DNA from: an uncultured delta proteobacterium
GTDB lineage: Bacteria > Desulfobacterota > Binatia > UBA9968
Direction of reading: 5' to 3'
Length of the DNA: 64,000 nt
Assembly: GCA_963804165.1 (NCBI GenBank)
Contig: CAWDPO010000024.1
Span: 160,001-224,000 of the forward strand
In this document: piece after piece, positions 63,985 through 64,000 of the stretch
Layout: each line of letters begins with the position of its first letter
Numbering within the stretch: position 1 is the stretch's first letter
Program-made: the position numbers and the translations under genes
The notes under the pieces: model-generated
Seen by the model: only the letters and a program-made list of their open reading frames with translations
The model's database searches: none
What the model was told of the DNA's origin: nothing

Positions 63985-64000
63985 GGATTTCTCCTATGCC

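Larger units (their letters stand above)
41875..64000. mobile_element. Probable selC-anchored genomic island or decaying accessory region (right boundary not visible)
   Basis: Strand switch right after selC, several truncated genes, internal duplication and insertion; selC is a known integration hotspot; no integrase in the window. Confidence 0.45.

Overview
GC-rich bacterial window whose gene content resembles a deltaproteobacterial/Candidatus Binatia-type organism (orphan NMT1-type binding proteins, DUF3891, REP-like palindromes); the lineage is an inference. Many genes are broken by single-base frameshifts, densest at about 12.3-21.4 kb and 61.3-64 kb, which may be long-read errors. All family calls are by eye from the translations; no searches were run. 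Layout: (1) 1-10.2 kb, minus-strand exopolysaccharide operon (wza, wzc, epimerase, WecA-CapD-N fusion, UDP-sugar dehydrogenase, two tandem-duplicated secreted TIM-barrel-like proteins), with an AT-rich leader carrying a sigma-54 promoter and a possible c-di-GMP-I riboswitch. (2) 12.3-16.7 kb, mosaic of a truncated O-antigen ligase, BrnT/BrnA, an XRE HTH gene, a partial pstC/pstA duplicate, an orphan integron gene cassette with attC, and a MITE. (3) 16.7-21.4 kb, pstSCAB-like operon ending in a phosphonoacetate-hydrolase-like gene. (4) 22.5-41.6 kb, catabolic cluster (NicX/M29-like enzyme, five orphan solute-binding proteins, heme-oxygenase-like diiron enzyme, flavoprotein, ComE/ComD-like ThDP decarboxylase, SDRs, Mo-hydroxylase MSL, amidohydrolase, two intact and one truncated DUF3891). 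(5) tRNA-Sec at 41780-41874, followed by a decaying stress/metabolic island with Dps, a chimeric SDR, a gabD-like gene split by a ~9.8-kb transposase-free RND-efflux insertion, acetolactate synthase, L31-B, glgX and transketolase.
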